Assembly (NCBI RefSeq): GCF_018336915.1 | Contig: NZ_CP064927.1 | Coordinates: 30,001 to 62,000, forward strand | Reading direction: 5' to 3' | Length of the DNA: 32,000 nt | Origin: Acaryochloris marina S15 | GTDB taxonomy: Bacteria; Cyanobacteriota; Cyanobacteriia; Thermosynechococcales; Thermosynechococcaceae | Shown: piece after piece, positions 8,174 through 15,857 of the stretch | Layout of the letters: every line of letters starts with the position of its first letter | Position numbering within the stretch: the first letter of the stretch is position 1 | Notes under the pieces: model-generated | The model's database searches: none | Told to the model about the DNA's origin: nothing | Seen by the model: the letters and a program-made list of their open reading frames with translations, nothing else | Position numbers and translations under genes: made by a program

Positions 8174-9514
8174 GGAGACTGTAAATTATTTTGTGTAAGC
8201 GGTTTAAAGTACATCCAGATTGAAGGAGACCGCTTTGAAAAAACAACGCCACTGTGATCCAAAAGTTGAGCAACTTCTTGATGAACTGATGCAGGACTAC
8301 AGCAGTCCTGAGCAGATATTGGGGAGGAGGGATTAATCAAGCAATTATCAAAACGCCTGATTGAGAAAGCCTTACAAGCAGAACTGAGTCATCATCTGCA
8401 AAGCACACCCACAGGAGAGTCTCCATCGCCTTCAAAATCGGGCAATAGTCGTAATGGGTATTCCGCTAAAACGATCAATACCGAACAAGGGGCTTTCGAC
8501 CTTCAGATCCCTCGAGATCGCCTCAGCGAGTTTGAGCCGATTATTGTGCCTAAAGGCCAGCGTCGATTGGCCGGTCTTGATGAGAAGATTTTGGCACTGT
8601 ATGCACGAGGGAGCAGTACCCGAGATATTCAAGGCCAGCTGGAAGAGTTGTATGGAATTGAGCTATCCCCAACCCTGATTTCTCAAGTCACCGATGCGAT
8701 TACGGAAGAAGTCCGTCAGTGGCAAACTCGCCCCGTGGATGCGCTGTATCCCATCCTGTTTTTGGATGCATTGTACGTCAAAATCCGCCAAGAAGGACGG
8801 GTTAAAAGTCGGGCAGTATATGTAGTACTAGGGATTAACCTCGATGGCCACAAAGAAGTCTTAGGCTTATGGATCGGACCTCAAGAACGGGAGGGGGCTA
8901 AATTCTGGCTCAAGGTCTTGACGGATCTCAAAAATCGGGGGCTACAAGATGTTTTTATCGCTTGTGTAGACGGATTAACAGGTTTTCCAGAAGCCATTGA
9001 AACCCTCTATCCCCAGACTCGTGTGCAACTCTGTATCGTCCACTTGATCCGCAATTCTCTCAAATATGTCAGTTGGAAACACCGCAAGGAAGTTGCAGCT
9101 GATCTCAAGCCGATTTATCAAGCGGCAACGGTCTGTGAGGCGGAAGATGCTCTGACTCACTTTGCCGATAAGTATGATCAGGTTTATCCCACCATCAGTC
9201 AAATTTGGCTGCGCCATTGGGAAAGGGTGATTCCTTTGTTTGATTATCCGCCTGACATTCGCAAGGCCATTTACACCACCAATGCCATTGAATCAGTCAA
9301 TCGTAGTCTCAGAAAGGTTTTGAAAACTAAAGGAGCATTCCCAGATGAAACCTCTGTCTTCAAACTGCTGTATCTTGCACTCAATAACATTTCCAAAAAA
9401 TGGACGATGCCCATTCGAGATTGGAAAGCAGCTTTAGCAAGATTTGCTATTGAGTTCCCTGAACGATTCCCTATTGACTAGATGATTGAGCTTACACAAA
9501 ATTCTTGACACTCC
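8174..9514 (+). mobile_element. IS256-family insertion sequence (~1.34 kb)
   Basis: The terminal inverted repeats are imperfect. The left one is GGAGACTGTAAATTATTTTGTGTAAGC (8174-8200). The reverse complement of the right one is GGAGTGTCAAGAATTTTGTGTAAGC (9490-9514). They share a 12-nt identical inner core and GGAG termini. The hexamer TTATTT lies on both flanks (8168-8173 and 9516-9521), as an imperfect or offset target duplication would. The element encloses an IS256/Mutator-type transposase. Confidence 0.8.
8235..9481 (+). pseudogene. IS256-family (Mutator-type DDE) transposase, interrupted by a frameshift at a G4 run (8321-8324)
   Basis: The start is TTG at 8235, with AAGGAG 6 nt upstream. 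Frame 1 reads LKKQRHCDPKVEQLLDELMQDYSSPEQILGRRD* and stops at 8334-8336. Frame 2 continues EEGLIKQLSKRLIEKALQAELSHHL...NGYSAKTINTEQGAFDLQIPRDRLSEFEPIIVPKGQRRL...LDALYVKIRQEGRV...FIACVDGLTGFPEAIE...TTNAIESVNRSLRKV... to 9481. Adding one G restores ILGEEGLIKQL. Confidence 0.9.
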
Positions 9515-12460
9515 CTTATTTGCACCGATAACAGCACCTGATCCATCGCCACCACCCAAAATCACCTCGGAATCCACAGAGATTCCATCATCACCACCCT
9601 CTTCCTGCCCGATTTCCTGATCAGATCCATGACAAAATCCATCGATTTCAGATCGCTTTTCAGTTTCTGTAATTAGATCATCCTCTTTATTACAGAGTTC
9701 ACAACTTGGTCTATTTTTCTCTAATCTCTGATTCCATTTCGCCTGAAATGCCTTCAGCATCTGGTCTTTATAAGCTTCATTGCCCGAATAGCGAATCACA
9801 TACAGACTCACAGATTCCTCACTGCCTACCTTCACCAGCTCATGGGCTACCCGCTTAATGAGCTTATTGGCGATGGCTAATGCACTCTGACCCTCACAGA
9901 TGACATTCCTAAAGTGTCGATAGATCTGATAGCGATATTCCAACGCCTTCACCTTGATATCCTCCAGCCGCTGATCCACCTCCGACATCACCATAATCTC
10001 CATCCGCATCCGGGCCTCAACCTGCTCATATCGAGCCTGGGTAAACGCCTGAGACTGCTGCTCAATGGCGTCCAATAAACTCTGCTTCTGGCCTTTAAGC
10101 CCCTGCTTCTGCTGCTCTAACTGCTCCAGCTCCCCCTTCAGCTTCTTCTTCCTAGGATGGGCTTTCCTGCCCAATGCAGTCAGCTTGGCCTGAATCACCT
10201 TCTGCTCCTGAACCAACTCACTGATCTGCCCAGACAGTCCCTTGACCTCCAACCTCAATGACTGTCGTTGTCGCTGTACCTGACGCCCCTTCTCCAACGC
10301 CTGATCGTAGGCTTCATAGTCCTTGCTGGTGACGTTGTAAGTATCCACTAAATCAAATACGCCGATATCACGAAGTAGCTGCACCTGAATTCGATTATTG
10401 GATAACCGATGAGTCAGAACGAACTTGCTATTGAGCTGTTTCATAAAATTTCTCCTATCTAATTCCTCAGCTACTTCAGGGTGATAGGACATCCAATGCA
10501 ACTTAGTGGCACTCTTTAACCGACCTCGATGTTCCACACAGACTTGATGAATAAACTCATCCGTCAGCTCTACCCCTGGCAACTCATCCTGCAACAGTGA
10601 TTTCTTGGCATCCAAGGTATCTGCATAGGTGGCTGATGAACTCCCCATGACTCGTATGGCCTGCTCCACCGTGAACCTTTCCCCGTCAGCCGTTCCCAGC
10701 ATCACCGCAGTTTCCACCTCAATCTGCTTCCGCACCTTACTAAAGGCTTCCACCACCGTAGAATTGCGCTCCTTCAGCTCCTCCAACTCAATGGGGTGCC
10801 CATGTCCTTCTAAGAGAACCAGCAATGATTCTCGCAAAGCTAACAAGGATGCAATGGAGCGAGTCTGATATCGAGCAAAGCTGACATTGTGAATATTGTT
10901 GGGATTCTGCTGATAAGCCTTCAGTGCTGCCAACTGTTGAGCTGTTTCAGGAGACTGGTCATGAACCAACTGCTGTTCTAAATCAATGGAAGCAGCCACA
11001 TCTTGTCCATACTTGGACTGAAGCATGATGCACTGCTCTACAGACTTAATGGAAGGAATATCAGGGATATGAGCCTTCCGAGTCACATAGATCTCACGAG
11101 TGACCTTGGCTCGATATCGCCAGAGCTGCTGATAGACACTGCGGGCATGATTGGATGAGGCATAGCAGAACACTCTGCTGAAATAAGGAATCAACCGAGG
11201 TTCATCAATACTGACTCCACTTTCAGCAGTGGGACTTAAGAACAAAGCCGTGGGCTGATATTCTTCGACAAACTGAGTGGGATTAGCCTGGAATATCTTG
11301 TTCTCAGGCCGCTCCGATGTCTTGCGGTCATGGCGCAGAATCCCCTTAGCAAACTCCGGGTTCACATCCGCAATCATCCGCTCTAGCTTCTCTAGGAATT
11401 CCTGAGAAGTTGCCACAACGATAAACCGCTCATTATCAGCAACAGCAGTTAGGATTCTCTCTAGAAACTGAGAAGTCTGACCTGAGAACACCTTCGTGGG
11501 AAAGTTGTCGTTAGGCTTAAACTCATTGACGACAATCTTAGTGTTGTATTTGCCCCCAGTAATGCCCTTGATATAGTCAATGGGAATTTGAGACAGGGAA
11601 TCTTCCAACAGAATGATGTTGCCTCGGGTTTCCAATACTCTGTTAGCAATGGCATGAAAATGCTCCAGGATCTGATTCTGCCGATCTCCCAGAGTCTGAC
11701 CTGACAACACATGGAAGAGGGCAGCATCTGCCTCGTCCAAAATAATGCAGCTATCCGGTTCAATATCATCGACATCAATCTTGAGTAGGCTATCGAAGCA
11801 GAGCAGGATAGACCGCTCAGACCGAAACCCCATGCTGATATCGCCTTTGTATTCCTTCTGCAATCGGAATAGGTGAATGAGATTGTAGAGAGTATTACCA
11901 TAGGCATCTTTAGACGTGAATCGCTCCTCAGTGTTGTAGAGTAGGTTGTTTCTATAACCGGGCATGATCACCTGGCCCTTGACTCCCTGCACTAGAGACT
12001 TCAGCATCTCTGTTTTCCCTGTGCCACACATGGAAGCAATGGCAACCACAGACCCTGGATCAATCACACCAAGATCCGAGAGTTCAATGTACTGCTTGTT
12101 GATGATGGCGGTAGGGGTATCCGTTAGACCATTCAGCTTCATAAAAAGCTGGCCCAGTTCATATTCCAGACCCAGGCTATTGAAGAACCAAGTGGGCTTG
12201 AACACAATCTGAGCCAGTTCCACTGGAGTCAGTTCATCAACATCAACAGCGTTATCTTTATAGTTCTGACCCCACCAGGCCACTTCCACCTCATAGCCCC
12301 ACTCTTCCATCAGTCGAATAACCCGCTGATACTGGCGAAAGACATTGAGGTTACGGACAGCCCCAGCATCAGGATAGAGAGTGATGATCGGGGGCTGGGA
12401 TGCCTCTTTGGATAGGACTGATAAAGATTCCCGCAGGGTTTCAGGAGATGAGGCCCACAT
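9434..12460 (-). CDS. Helicase/C-terminal portion of a primase-helicase replication-type protein (CyRepA-like candidate); its last 29 codons are read from the IS256 end
   Basis: 1008-aa ORF. The end of the TOPRIM-like region reads ITLYPDAGA. Walker A is IASMCGTGKTEML (about 12003-12040). The Walker B/DEAD-like motif is CIILDEADAALF (about 11705-11760). A long coiled-coil follows (QRQRQSLRLEVKGL...ELEQLEQQKQGLKGQKQSL). The acidic/Gly tail is GGDDGISVDSEVILGGGDGSGAVIGA. After ...IGAN the reading frame enters the IS right end at 9514. Confidence 0.8.
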   Translation of the reverse strand: MWASSPETLRESLSVLSKEASQPPIITLYPDAGAVRNLNVFRQYQRVIRLMEEWGYEVEVAWWGQNYKDNAVDVDELTPVELAQIVFKPTWFFNSLGLEYELGQLFMKLNGLTDTPTAIINKQYIELSDLGVIDPGSVVAIASMCGTGKTEMLKSLVQGVKGQVIMPGYRNNLLYNTEERFTSKDAYGNTLYNLIHLFRLQKEYKGDISMGFRSERSILLCFDSLLKIDVDDIEPDSCIILDEADAALFHVLSGQTLGDRQNQILEHFHAIANRVLETRGNIILLEDSLSQIPIDYIKGITGGKYNTKIVVNEFKPNDNFPTKVFSGQTSQFLERILTAVADNERFIVVATSQEFLEKLERMIADVNPEFAKGILRHDRKTSERPENKIFQANPTQFVEEYQPTALFLSPTAESGVSIDEPRLIPYFSRVFCYASSNHARSVYQQLWRYRAKVTREIYVTRKAHIPDIPSIKSVEQCIMLQSKYGQDVAASIDLEQQLVHDQSPETAQQLAALKAYQQNPNNIHNVSFARYQTRSIASLLALRESLLVLLEGHGHPIELEELKERNSTVVEAFSKVRKQIEVETAVMLGTADGERFTVEQAIRVMGSSSATYADTLDAKKSLLQDELPGVELTDEFIHQVCVEHRGRLKSATKLHWMSYHPEVAEELDRRNFMKQLNSKFVLTHRLSNNRIQVQLLRDIGVFDLVDTYNVTSKDYEAYDQALEKGRQVQRQRQSLRLEVKGLSGQISELVQEQKVIQAKLTALGRKAHPRKKKLKGELEQLEQQKQGLKGQKQSLLDAIEQQSQAFTQARYEQVEARMRMEIMVMSEVDQRLEDIKVKALEYRYQIYRHFRNVICEGQSALAIANKLIKRVAHELVKVGSEESVSLYVIRYSGNEAYKDQMLKAFQAKWNQRLEKNRPSCELCNKEDDLITETEKRSEIDGFCHGSDQEIGQEEGGDDGISVDSEVILGGGDGSGAVIGANKGVSRILCKLNHLVNRESFRELNSKSC

Positions 12461-13293
12461 GCCCCTGCTGCCCCTATGACGGGGATATTGAGGCGAGTGC
12501 TAGTGAGATAAGGCTTAACCCCAGTTCCTTCCACAAGGGCAATCCGCGAATAGGGACCAAAGGACTTGTAGACGGCTAAGGGAATTTCACCGTTGACGTG
12601 AGGACCATTGCCGTCAGGATGGCGACGGGTTGAGCTGGATAGCCAGATATAGCGGTTGTCCTGATGAACATTCCGCTTCCGCAACTGCAAGGCCACGATT
12701 TGACCGTGGACATCATAGAGAGGCCACAGATACCCTCCCTGAGAATTGAGGATGCCACCGGGGAGAACACCGGGTAGATCTGAGGATAAGTTTTGGACTC
12801 TTTGGAACTGGCCCACGGAGACGGCATCGAAACCCTTGATTTCAGCCTGGGACATGCCCCGCCGATCCAAGTCTCCTTGATCCATTGAGCAGAGGGAGAG
12901 ACCAGAGAGTAGCTTTCGGTACTGCTGATCTCGGAGTTGGGGAGGGAGTTCTCTAGCAATGCGTTGGCGACGTTCTTCATCGGCCTTCTGATCGCGGATG
13001 GCTTTGCGGGCTTTCCAGTCAATAGAGTTGTAGTCTTTGCCTGTGTGGGGTGCCCAAATACCCCAGGTGTTATCTTTCGATAGCTTGCGGAACTGATAGC
13101 CGTTGATTATACCGACATCATAGGTTTCGTTGAGGCAAAGGATGATTTCGTCGCCTTTACTGCATCGTCCATCATTAGAGTCACAGATTGGGCAATGGTT
13201 ACTTCTTTTGAAAGGGGTCAGCTTCGAGGTGCTTCTCGTTGAGGAGCCAAAGCCGAGGTGAGTTGAATTGAGATCTAGGAGAGTGGAGGTCAT
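12310..13293 (-). CDS. N-terminal Zn-finger + TOPRIM (DUF3854-like) portion of the same primase-helicase gene, separated from it by a frameshift
   Basis: The preferred start is ATG at 13293 (MTSTLLDL...), with AAGGAG 7 nt upstream. The ORF-track extension to 13467 is probably non-coding. The Cys cluster is HCPICDSNDGRCSKGDEIILC. A TOPRIM-like acidic motif IALVEGTGVKPYL is followed by NIPVIGAAG. The frame then breaks at the G4 run (plus-strand CCCC, 12462-12465). One added G gives ...IGAAGGMWASSPETL..., joining the 1008-aa frame. Confidence 0.75.
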   Translation of the reverse strand: MTSTLLDLNSTHLGFGSSTRSTSKLTPFKRSNHCPICDSNDGRCSKGDEIILCLNETYDVGIINGYQFRKLSKDNTWGIWAPHTGKDYNSIDWKARKAIRDQKADEERRQRIARELPPQLRDQQYRKLLSGLSLCSMDQGDLDRRGMSQAEIKGFDAVSVGQFQRVQNLSSDLPGVLPGGILNSQGGYLWPLYDVHGQIVALQLRKRNVHQDNRYIWLSSSTRRHPDGNGPHVNGEIPLAVYKSFGPYSRIALVEGTGVKPYLTSTRLNIPVIGAAGACGPHLLKPCGNLYQSYPKRHPSPRSSLSILMLGLSVTSMSFASISGLFD

Positions 13294-13559
13294 GGGTTGC
13301 CTCCTTGATACATAGGTGTAAATGTCGATTCCCGAGCCATTAGCAGCTCGGGGAATAAAAATATAGAAACCATGAAAAGTCCCTCTATCGTTTGTCAGTA
13401 GAGAGATAGAGAGATGTGGTAAGTAAAGTTCAATTACAAAATTCTTGCAGCACAAACTAGGCTGCACTAGAATTAGAACACACCCCGTGGGTCACTAACT
13501 TTTGTCTTCCAAAACTTCGGTTAGATCCCGCTATCCCAAAAAAATATTTTGTTTTTCTT

Positions 13560-13600
13560 GGATCCCTAGCTATTTCCCGTAGCTGGGATTCCTTTTTTTT
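13560..13600 (+). terminator. Imperfect hairpin plus T8 run (possible bidirectional terminator between the sigma and rep genes)
   Basis: GGATCCCTAGCT-ATTTCCCGT-AGCTGGGATTCC has 9 of 12 stem pairs and is followed by TTTTTTTT. An A-rich tract precedes it, so it could work on either strand. The stem is weak. Confidence 0.25.
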
Positions 13601-13786
13601 AGGTCATTGTCGCCTCCTGGGGAAAAATATAGGGATTCTTAGTGAACCATACTACGCTTCAGCCCTCAATACGCAAAGGCTTTAAAACAAAAGATCATCA
13701 AGGGTTTCAGGATCTGAGGCAGCACGATTCGATGAGGAAGACATGGGTCAATTCCTCGGATAAGAATGAAGCAATTCGTTGTTGGT

Positions 13787-15127
13787 TCAGGGCAAACTTT
13801 CATTAGAATCATTCGGCGGTCGAGGGTGTTCTCTCCTGTATCCAATCCCAACATCTTGCAATAAATCTGTAGTGAAGAACGACATTATTGACCTCCTTTT
13901 GTTCGGTTGATCATTGTTCTGAAATCCTCTAATAGCATGAGATATAAGCGCTAATGGCAGCAAAAGCATACGGAGAATTACTGGGCTGAATCCCAGATAT
14001 CCTCTCCAATCGTCTTGAGTTCTCTCCAGTTGACGGCATCGCTGATTCTCTGAGGTAAGTCGATGCCTCGCGACATCAGCAATCCCGTGATTGCTACACC
14101 GACGAAGAACCAGAATGTGTTCCTGAGCATTGGTTAGTTCTCCATGATCATGAATATGACTCTCTTTATTGGTTTGATTGAAAATCCGTTTGATAACTTT
14201 GCTGATTCTCCCGCCTAGTCGTGAGGCGTCAACTCGTTTTATGGCAGGTTCTCTGACTTCTTTAGGTGCAGGTAGGTCGAGAGGTAACTGATCACCCTCG
14301 CCAACTGGCTCAATATTGTGGTGGGTGGATACGGGAGTAATTGGCTTCAGGGTTCCTGTTGCCAGTGCTGACAAAGTTTCCTTTGCTCCTTTAACCAACT
14401 GGCGTACTCGCTCTCTGGATATCCCTAGCCGTTTCCCGATTTCTCGGTTGTTATGGCCTTGGTGTTTAGCAATCAGCATTGAGACCTGGCGATCTTCCAA
14501 GTGACCCTCACCTTGGAGTTGATCAAGAGTAGTTAGAATCTCAGCCTCTTCTGAAGTGCGCCAAGGATCAACAGTTTCATCGGACTGAAAATCTAGCCAC
14601 TCAGGACAATCATCGTCAAACCTTTGGTTAAAGCTCAGGGGCTGAACAAAAGCCTTATGTTGCCAGGTAGTCAAGATTTGCTTCTGAGATAATCCACTGC
14701 GCTCTGCAATCTCTTCTAGGGCTGGCTCTCTGCCTAACTCTTGACTAAGAGCGGTTGAGACTTTTGATATTTTGCGAAGATTGGTTAGTGTATTGCGACT
14801 AATCCCTGCCTCTCTACAAAAGCAGTCTCGAACTTCAGACCAAAGAGTTGGCACCAAATAAGTTGAGAATTTATTGCCAGTAGACAATTTAAATCCTCTT
14901 GCCGCTAGGACGACAGCCATCTCTCCAGCAGAGTTTAAGATTCTGTGATCCACTTGAAAACCATAGCGCTTGACCTCTTTGGTGATCAGTCCTTTGTTTT
15001 TACGAATTAGCTGACGTGATGCCCGCTCGTCCCCAGCCTTGATTCTCAGAATCAGATCGTATTCTTCTTCACGGGTAAGGAGTTCGGTTTTTTGGGTTTG
15101 TCTGTTGCGTGAAGTAGCACCTATCAT
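13787..15127 (-). CDS. Sigma-70-family RNA polymerase sigma factor with a ~190-aa C-terminal extension
   Basis: 446 aa. Region 2-like sequence is EEEYDLILRIKAGDERASRQLIRKNKGLITKEVKRY and FSTYLVPTLWSEVRDCF. The region 3-like sequence is LGREPALEEIAERSGLSQKQI. The region 4.2 HTH is NREIGKRLGISRERVRQLVKGAKETL, ending near aa 258. The ORF continues without a stop for about 190 aa. That stretch includes a hydrophobic segment, FSPVILRMLLLPLALISHAI (13931-13990). Confidence 0.85.
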   Translation of the reverse strand: MIGATSRNRQTQKTELLTREEEYDLILRIKAGDERASRQLIRKNKGLITKEVKRYGFQVDHRILNSAGEMAVVLAARGFKLSTGNKFSTYLVPTLWSEVRDCFCREAGISRNTLTNLRKISKVSTALSQELGREPALEEIAERSGLSQKQILTTWQHKAFVQPLSFNQRFDDDCPEWLDFQSDETVDPWRTSEEAEILTTLDQLQGEGHLEDRQVSMLIAKHQGHNNREIGKRLGISRERVRQLVKGAKETLSALATGTLKPITPVSTHHNIEPVGEGDQLPLDLPAPKEVREPAIKRVDASRLGGRISKVIKRIFNQTNKESHIHDHGELTNAQEHILVLRRCSNHGIADVARHRLTSENQRCRQLERTQDDWRGYLGFSPVILRMLLLPLALISHAIRGFQNNDQPNKRRSIMSFFTTDLLQDVGIGYRREHPRPPNDSNESLP

Positions 15128-15153
15128 GGGCTTAACCTCAATAGATTCTTTTT

Positions 15154-15309
15154 CGGTTTCTGAGGTCAGTGGCTCTCTGGTTGTTTTAGTAGGCGGTTAG
15201 AGAGCCACTTGAATTATTAAATTGAACAACGGTGCTGAAGCACTGGCGGGTTTCTGAGGTTGGTGGCTCTCTGGTTGTTTAGTAGGCGGTTAGAGAGCGG
15301 AATTGAATT
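15154..15309. repeat. Two ~60-bp direct repeats (15154-15215 and 15247-15309), each containing a GGCTCTCT...AGAGAGCC inverted repeat
   Basis: Copy A is CGGTTTCTGAGGTCAGTGGCTCTCTGGTTGTTTTAGTAGGCGGTTAGAGAGCCACTTGAATT. Copy B is CGGGTTTCTGAGGTTGGTGGCTCTCTGGTTGTTTAGTAGGCGGTTAGAGAGCGGAATTGAATT. They lie immediately upstream of the sigma gene start at 15127. The octamer GGCTCTCT or its complement also occurs at 15462-15469 and 15624-15631. Confidence 0.8.
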
Positions 15310-15677
15310 GTGGGTAATCTGGCTAACAGGCTTCTAAATAATCGTTTGACTGGTAAGTTCTTCTTTAAGAGCGAGCTTGGGTATTTCCTTGGTCTACTCT
15401 GCTGGTTGTTGCCGATTCTTATCTTCGTTAGGTGTGGTTGGTGATCTGGTGGGTTGGTAGGAGAGAGCCAAGCCAGGATTAAGTTGAGAAAATTTTCTGA
15501 GAAAATCCGTGCCCAGCTTACTTCAGTACATTTTGTGTTGCTGTAAAGCTTGCGGGTCAAGGGGATTTGCGTTTTGAATATGATGTTGCCTATCATTTAA
15601 ATATGACCTTCTGAAGGATTCTAGGCTCTCTAATTACGTTTTGGTGGCAGATTAGGGGGTCGATTTTTTTATCGTGC

Positions 15678-15798
15678 CTTTAATATAGTAGGTATCGATG
15701 CGTAACGCTAGCGCGTGATAAGTTTTAACATAGTAAATATCAGTGCGTAATGCTAGTGCGTGGAAACTTTAATATTTATCGATACACACCGCTACGTA
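15678..15798. repeat. 45-bp-period direct repeats: 2 good copies plus 1 degenerate copy, each with a CGCTAGCG-type palindromic core
   Basis: Copy 1 (15678-15717) is CTTTAATATAGTAGGTATCGATGCGTAACGCTAGCGCGTG. Copy 2 (15723-15762) is TTTTAACATAGTAAATATCAGTGCGTAATGCTAGTGCGTG. Copy 3 (15767-15798) is the partial CTTTAATATTTATCGATACACACCGCTACGTA. Confidence 0.75.
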
Positions 15799-15808
15799 TT
15801 TTTTAGCT

Positions 15809-15838
15809 CATGACTACTGCTGTGTAACAGTAGTCATG
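15809..15838. promoter_or_regulatory. Perfect 11-bp-stem palindrome (candidate operator, oriT or ori element) 20 nt upstream of the RHH gene
   Basis: CATGACTACTG-ctgtgtaa-CAGTAGTCATG. No T-run follows on either strand, so it is unlikely to be an intrinsic terminator. Confidence 0.5.
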
Positions 15839-15857
15839 GCGGAACAGCGGTGTGTAA

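Noticed and set aside
8007-8273. 88-aa minus-strand ORF
   Set aside because: It is a chimeric frame. It runs from inside the IS256 left end, across the IS boundary, into the frameshifted remnant of the 287-aa gene. It is not a real gene.
9517-9524. TTTGCACC next to the IS256 right end resembles the start of the 31-nt promoter-like motif
   Set aside because: Only 8 nt match, and they are in the opposite orientation to the operon motif. That is within chance expectation.
13441-13462. ACAAAATTCTTG shared between the region upstream of rep and the IS256 right inverted repeat (possible solo IR)
   Set aside because: A 12-nt exact match is expected by chance many times in a window this size, and no flanking similarity extends it.
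13294-13467. N-terminal 58-codon extension of the 385-aa ORF (start at 13467)
   Set aside because: The internal ATG at 13293 has a canonical AAGGAG 7 nt upstream. The extension (MQPSLCCKNFVIELYLPHLSISLL...) does not look like protein.
15279-15596. 105-aa minus-strand ORF
   Set aside because: It overlaps direct-repeat copy B and the octamer array. Its sequence is low-complexity and basic, with no start context. The region is better explained as non-coding regulatory or origin DNA.
15154-15798. Possible CRISPR array, given the direct repeats with internal palindromes
   Set aside because: There are only 2-3 copies per repeat type. The repeats are 40-60 bp with 5-35-bp gaps, so there is no regular repeat-spacer structure. 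No cas genes are in the window.
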